A stretch of DNA of 64,000 nt from positions 124,520 through 188,519 of the forward strand of contig AP017913.1 of assembly GCA_002091395.1 (NCBI GenBank), given 5' to 3'. The notes under the pieces were generated by a model. That model was not told where the DNA came from. It was given only the letters and a program-made list of their open reading frames with translations, and did no database searches. The position numbers were made by a program, and so were the translations under genes. The DNA comes from Candidatus Azobacteroides pseudotrichonymphae. Lineage in GTDB: Bacteria; Bacteroidota; Bacteroidia; Bacteroidales; Azobacteroidaceae. Below, in pieces: positions 62,816 to 64,000 of the stretch (position 1 is the stretch's first letter; each line of letters begins with the position of its first letter).

Positions 62816-64000
62816 TTATTTTGATAAATTTTTGATTCTTTGTAGTAAAGTCGGGTGTGAGTAACGCCATAGAATCACTAGTTTATGTGGATTAAGATTA
62901 TTCAAAGATTTAACAGATAATTTCTTTAGTCCGTTTATTAGATTTTCTTTAAGTCCAAAACTTGCAGCATATTCATCCGCTTTGTATTCGTTTTTACGTG
63001 AAAAGAATAGAAAAAGTAATCCAATAAATTCTGAAATAGGTGTAAATAAAAAAGAAAAACCTATTAATCCTAAGTGGAAAGAAGGAATTTCTCCACCAAG
63101 TGCTATAGTTAACGATGAATTGTTAATGAATAAAGACAATACATAAAATGTTATCCCCATAGTTATTAATGAGCCTGTTATGGAATATAAAATATGTTTT
63201 TTTTTATAATGACCTATTTCATGTGCCAATACAGATACAATTTCTTCTGTATTTAATTCTTTAATCAAAGTATCGTAAAAAACAATTCGTTTTTTACTTC
63301 CTATTCCAGTGAAGTAAGCATTCCCTTTTGTACTTCTTTTAGACCCATCTATTACATAAATATTGCTTAATTTAAATTCAGTTTTTTTTGTAAAAAGCTC
63401 AATAGCACTACGTAAATCCCCATTATCTAAAGGAATTTGTTTGTTAAATAATGGAACAATCCATTCAGAATAAAATAAACTTATTAAGATTGAAAATGTA
63501 CTAACGATTCCCCATGATAAAATCCAAAAGTATTTATTTGTGTGTTGATATATATAAATAATGATAAATAAAATTAATCCCCCTACTATGATATTTAAAA
63601 TCATATTTTTTAACCAATCAGATATAAAAAGTTTTTTAGTAGTTTTGTTAAATCCAAATTTTGATTCAATTACGAAAGTTATATACCAATTAAATGGAAA
63701 ATTTATTATTGTTATTATTAGAATAATAAATTCTAAGAATATTACAGATAGTAAAATTGTGTTTTGAATATATATTCTTAGCATTGTATCTAGATATCCA
63801 AAAGATCTTGTAAATAAAATTATCATTATAATTATAAATGAAAAACTTTTGGAAATTAATTTAAAATAACTGTTTTCTTTTTGATATAATTGTTGTTTAG
63901 TGTAAGAGTCCGAATTATAAATATATTGTAGTTGTTTTGGAATTTGTTGACTCATTTGTTTCCGATCCAGATAATTTAAAATTTGGTCCCAACCAAAATC
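62816..64000 (-). CDS. M48 (Ste24/HtpX-like) zinc metallopeptidase, 5'-partial
   Basis: HExxH motif LAHEIGHYKKKH and multiple TM helices. The reading frame stays open for the 15 codons upstream of the ATG at 63955, up to the window edge (DFGWDQILNYLDRKQ). The true start is therefore probably beyond base 64000. Confidence 0.85.
   Translation of the reverse strand, partial: DFGWDQILNYLDRKQMSQQIPKQLQYIYNSDSYTKQQLYQKENSYFKLISKSFSFIIIMIILFTRSFGYLDTMLRIYIQNTILLSVIFLEFIILIITIINFPFNWYITFVIESKFGFNKTTKKLFISDWLKNMILNIIVGGLILFIIIYIYQHTNKYFWILSWGIVSTFSILISLFYSEWIVPLFNKQIPLDNGDLRSAIELFTKKTEFKLSNIYVIDGSKRSTKGNAYFTGIGSKKRIVFYDTLIKELNTEEIVSVLAHEIGHYKKKHILYSITGSLITMGITFYVLSLFINNSSLTIALGGEIPSFHLGLIGFSFLFTPISEFIGLLFLFFSRKNEYKADEYAASFGLKENLINGLKKLSVKSLNNLNPHKLVILWRYSHPTLLQRIKNLSK

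Noticed and set aside
110-63767. About 29 track ORFs of 60-88 aa lying inside or antisense to the large genes. They are 110-292, 1701-1898, 2136-2324, 2849-3112, 3301-3489, 4606-4788, 14662-14910, 15109-15300, 17194-17418, 17821-18087, 18761-19000, 22959-23216, 23379-23612, 26803-27036, 27573-27773, 30676-30885, 35915-36151, 36578-36805, 36795-36995, 43380-43586, 45567-45791, 49335-49517, 50378-50617, 50866-51063, 50898-51089, 53203-53385, 54365-54592, 57295-57486 and 63561-63767.
   Set aside because: Each is fully embedded in a well-supported conserved gene in another frame or strand. All have low-complexity I/F/L/K/N-rich sequence and no motifs. Their number matches what chance predicts for this composition.
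1-64000. A search for CRISPR arrays, IS or transposase genes, integrases, prophage genes, toxin-antitoxin pairs, restriction-modification or other defence loci, rRNA, tmRNA, RNase P RNA and SRP RNA.
   Set aside because: I saw no regularly spaced direct repeats and no ORF with transposase, integrase or phage motifs. The only GGTTCGAA-type T-loops belong to the four tRNAs. No GC-rich structured islands occur in the spacers. A covariance-model scan would be needed to exclude small ncRNAs.

Overview
Visibly AT-rich 64-kb chromosomal segment with about 45 protein genes and 4 tRNA genes. Nearly all are core housekeeping: htrA, rpoD, purE, ispG, prfA, pyrF, murI, skp, bamA, tsaE, ppdK, rng, ssb, mnmA, ybeY, mnmG, secA, ilvC, lysS, gpsA, pgi, class II RNR, hflX, uvrA, folD, aguA/aguB, two nagB-type genes, surE, tgt, panC. 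Several traits point to Bacteroidota, probably Bacteroidales: a 286-aa RpoD without region 1.1, a long-insert IspG, the bamA-skp-murI block, PPDK, a ~660-aa NagB-like/LmbE fusion, a short GT5 protein divergent from panC, TAnnTTTG -7 boxes, and no Shine-Dalgarno-like purine tracts before start codons. Intact housekeeping genes alternate with many 0.3-1.6 kb ORF-free, extremely AT-rich spacers, about 11 kb or roughly 18% of the window by my tally of coordinates. That suggests an eroding or reduced genome such as an intracellular symbiont (inference, not verified). The standard code is in use (TGA terminates purE and uvrA). I saw no rRNA, CRISPR array, transposase/integrase, phage module or recognisable defence or toxin locus, and no convincing novel multi-gene system. 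The most unusual observations are: (1) a perfect spacer-less 66-bp palindrome next to tRNA-Gly; (2) a Tgt that keeps its catalytic Asp residues but lacks all three Cys of the canonical zinc site; (3) a NagB-like/LmbE fusion whose deaminase-domain catalytic positions are substituted while the LmbE motif is intact, inside a tight cluster of ammonia-releasing enzymes; (4) an AddB-type nuclease with no adjacent helicase partner; (5) a 30-aa bS22/mS38-like basic peptide gene hidden in a longer ORF call; (6) tRNA stems carrying mismatches.
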